Part shown: one piece after another, positions 62,867 through 64,000 of the stretch
Layout: every line of letters starts with the position of its first letter
Numbering within the stretch: the first letter of the stretch is position 1
NCBI RefSeq assembly: GCF_018350175.1
Contig: NC_058368.1
Span: 73,658,001-73,722,000 of the forward strand
Reading direction: 5' to 3'
DNA length: 64,000 nt
From: Felis catus
Lineage: Eukaryota
The notes under the pieces: model-generated
Told to the model about the DNA's origin: nothing
Databases searched by the model: none
What the model saw: only the letters and a program-made list of their open reading frames with translations
Program-made: the position numbers and the translations under genes

Positions 62867-63068
62867 GGGGCACCTGGGTGGCTCAGTTGGTTAAGTGTCT
62901 CTTGTTTTCAGCTCAGGTCATGATCTCACGGTTTGTGGGATCAAGCCCCATGTCAGGGTCTGTGCTGGCAGTGAGGAGCCTGCTTGAGATTCTCTCTCTC
63001 CCTCTCTCTCTCTGCTCCTTCTCTATTTGCATGTGAGTTCTCATTCTCAAAAAATAAATAAACATTAA
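62867..63068 (+). mobile_element. CAN-SINE
   Basis: TSD aaaaaagattgtatttt at 62849-62865 and 63069-63085. Confidence 0.96.
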
Positions 63069-64000
63069 AAAAAAGATTGTATTTTCTCCCTTATTGTTTA
63101 CAATGTCTTGGCTAAGTTGCTAAATTGTTTTTTTTGTTGTTTGTTTTCATTTTCATTTCTTTGGTTAATTACTGAGGTTATTTTTTTTTTCAAATATGTA
63201 TAAACCACTATATGTCCTCACTTATGAAAGTCATGCTCATGGACCATTTATCTACTGGATCTTAGTGTATTATATTACATAACCTCATTGTATATCAAGG
63301 AGCTTATCTTTGGTGCAACATAATTATGTAAATATTTCACTTTGTGTTATATCATCTGATAAGCTTGTATTTTGAGAAATAGAAGGTTTACATTTTCATG
63401 TAGTCAGTCTATCTTTCCTTTTGTGATTTCTTCCATTGCTTTTATGCTAGTTATCTTTTCATGCAATTTAAAAAAAAATGTACTCCTTGAGGGTTTGGAC
63501 ACGGTGGTATATAATTTTTCTAGGTTTGTTCCATAAACAGGCCTAGTATAGTGCTTAGGGCACAGAAATGCACAATAAATATTTGTTGATGCATTGATAA
63601 GTTTTACTTGATTAATTTATGAAGCTTACATTTCCCACAAAGTTATAATGCAGATTTTAACAGAAACACATTATATTCATTTGCATCAGCATTTCCTTTT
63701 GGACACTTACAGAGAATTTAAACAAAGACATGCTTTTTGGGCAGCATTAGCAGAAAGCTGCTGCCTTATCACTATGCTTGGTTGAATAGAGGGAGAACTC
63801 TTTATCATATCTTTCGATTTGCCTGGCTTACCAAAAATCTCATCTCACTTGTGTAAGGCTCTTGAGTCCAGCTTTACCATGTGAAGCACCTGGCCCCGAT
63901 ATAGGGAAGGATTAAGCTGTAACATGATTTCAGATCTAGTGAATAGATTTCTATCAATTATTTTGTGCACAGCTGTGGGATTGTTGAGCCAGTTAGTATT

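Noticed and set aside
1..64000. CRISPR arrays, tRNA/rRNA genes or prokaryote-type systems
   Set aside because: This is mammalian DNA. The recurring ~200-bp units are tRNA-derived SINEs, and there is no repeat-spacer array.

Overview
Mammalian genomic DNA, almost certainly a felid, judged from the cat-type tRNA-derived CAN-SINEs and L1_Fc-type LINE 3' ends. I found no intact protein-coding gene, RNA gene or CRISPR array. The window looks like a long intron or intergenic tract filled with about 17 CAN-SINEs, one essentially full-length decayed L1, several L1 fragments, MaLR/ERVL solo LTRs, MER5/MER94/MER103/Tigger DNA-transposon relics, and MIR and L2 fragments. The ORFs in the track are repeat-derived or spurious. 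The main non-routine observations are: (1) a disabled copy of one POGLUT2/KDELC1-type glycosyltransferase exon at 31903-32113 that still ends at a GT donor, suggesting an unprocessed relic of a lost paralog; (2) a near-perfect 1.14-kb inverted duplication (22914-24049) enclosing a 158-bp higher-order alternating purine-pyrimidine repeat; (3) two L1 insertions with apparent 3' transductions; (4) relics of very old LINE and Tigger coding sequence. Repeat family names and protein matches are by-eye comparisons with remembered consensus sequences, not database results. Boundaries of old repeats are approximate.
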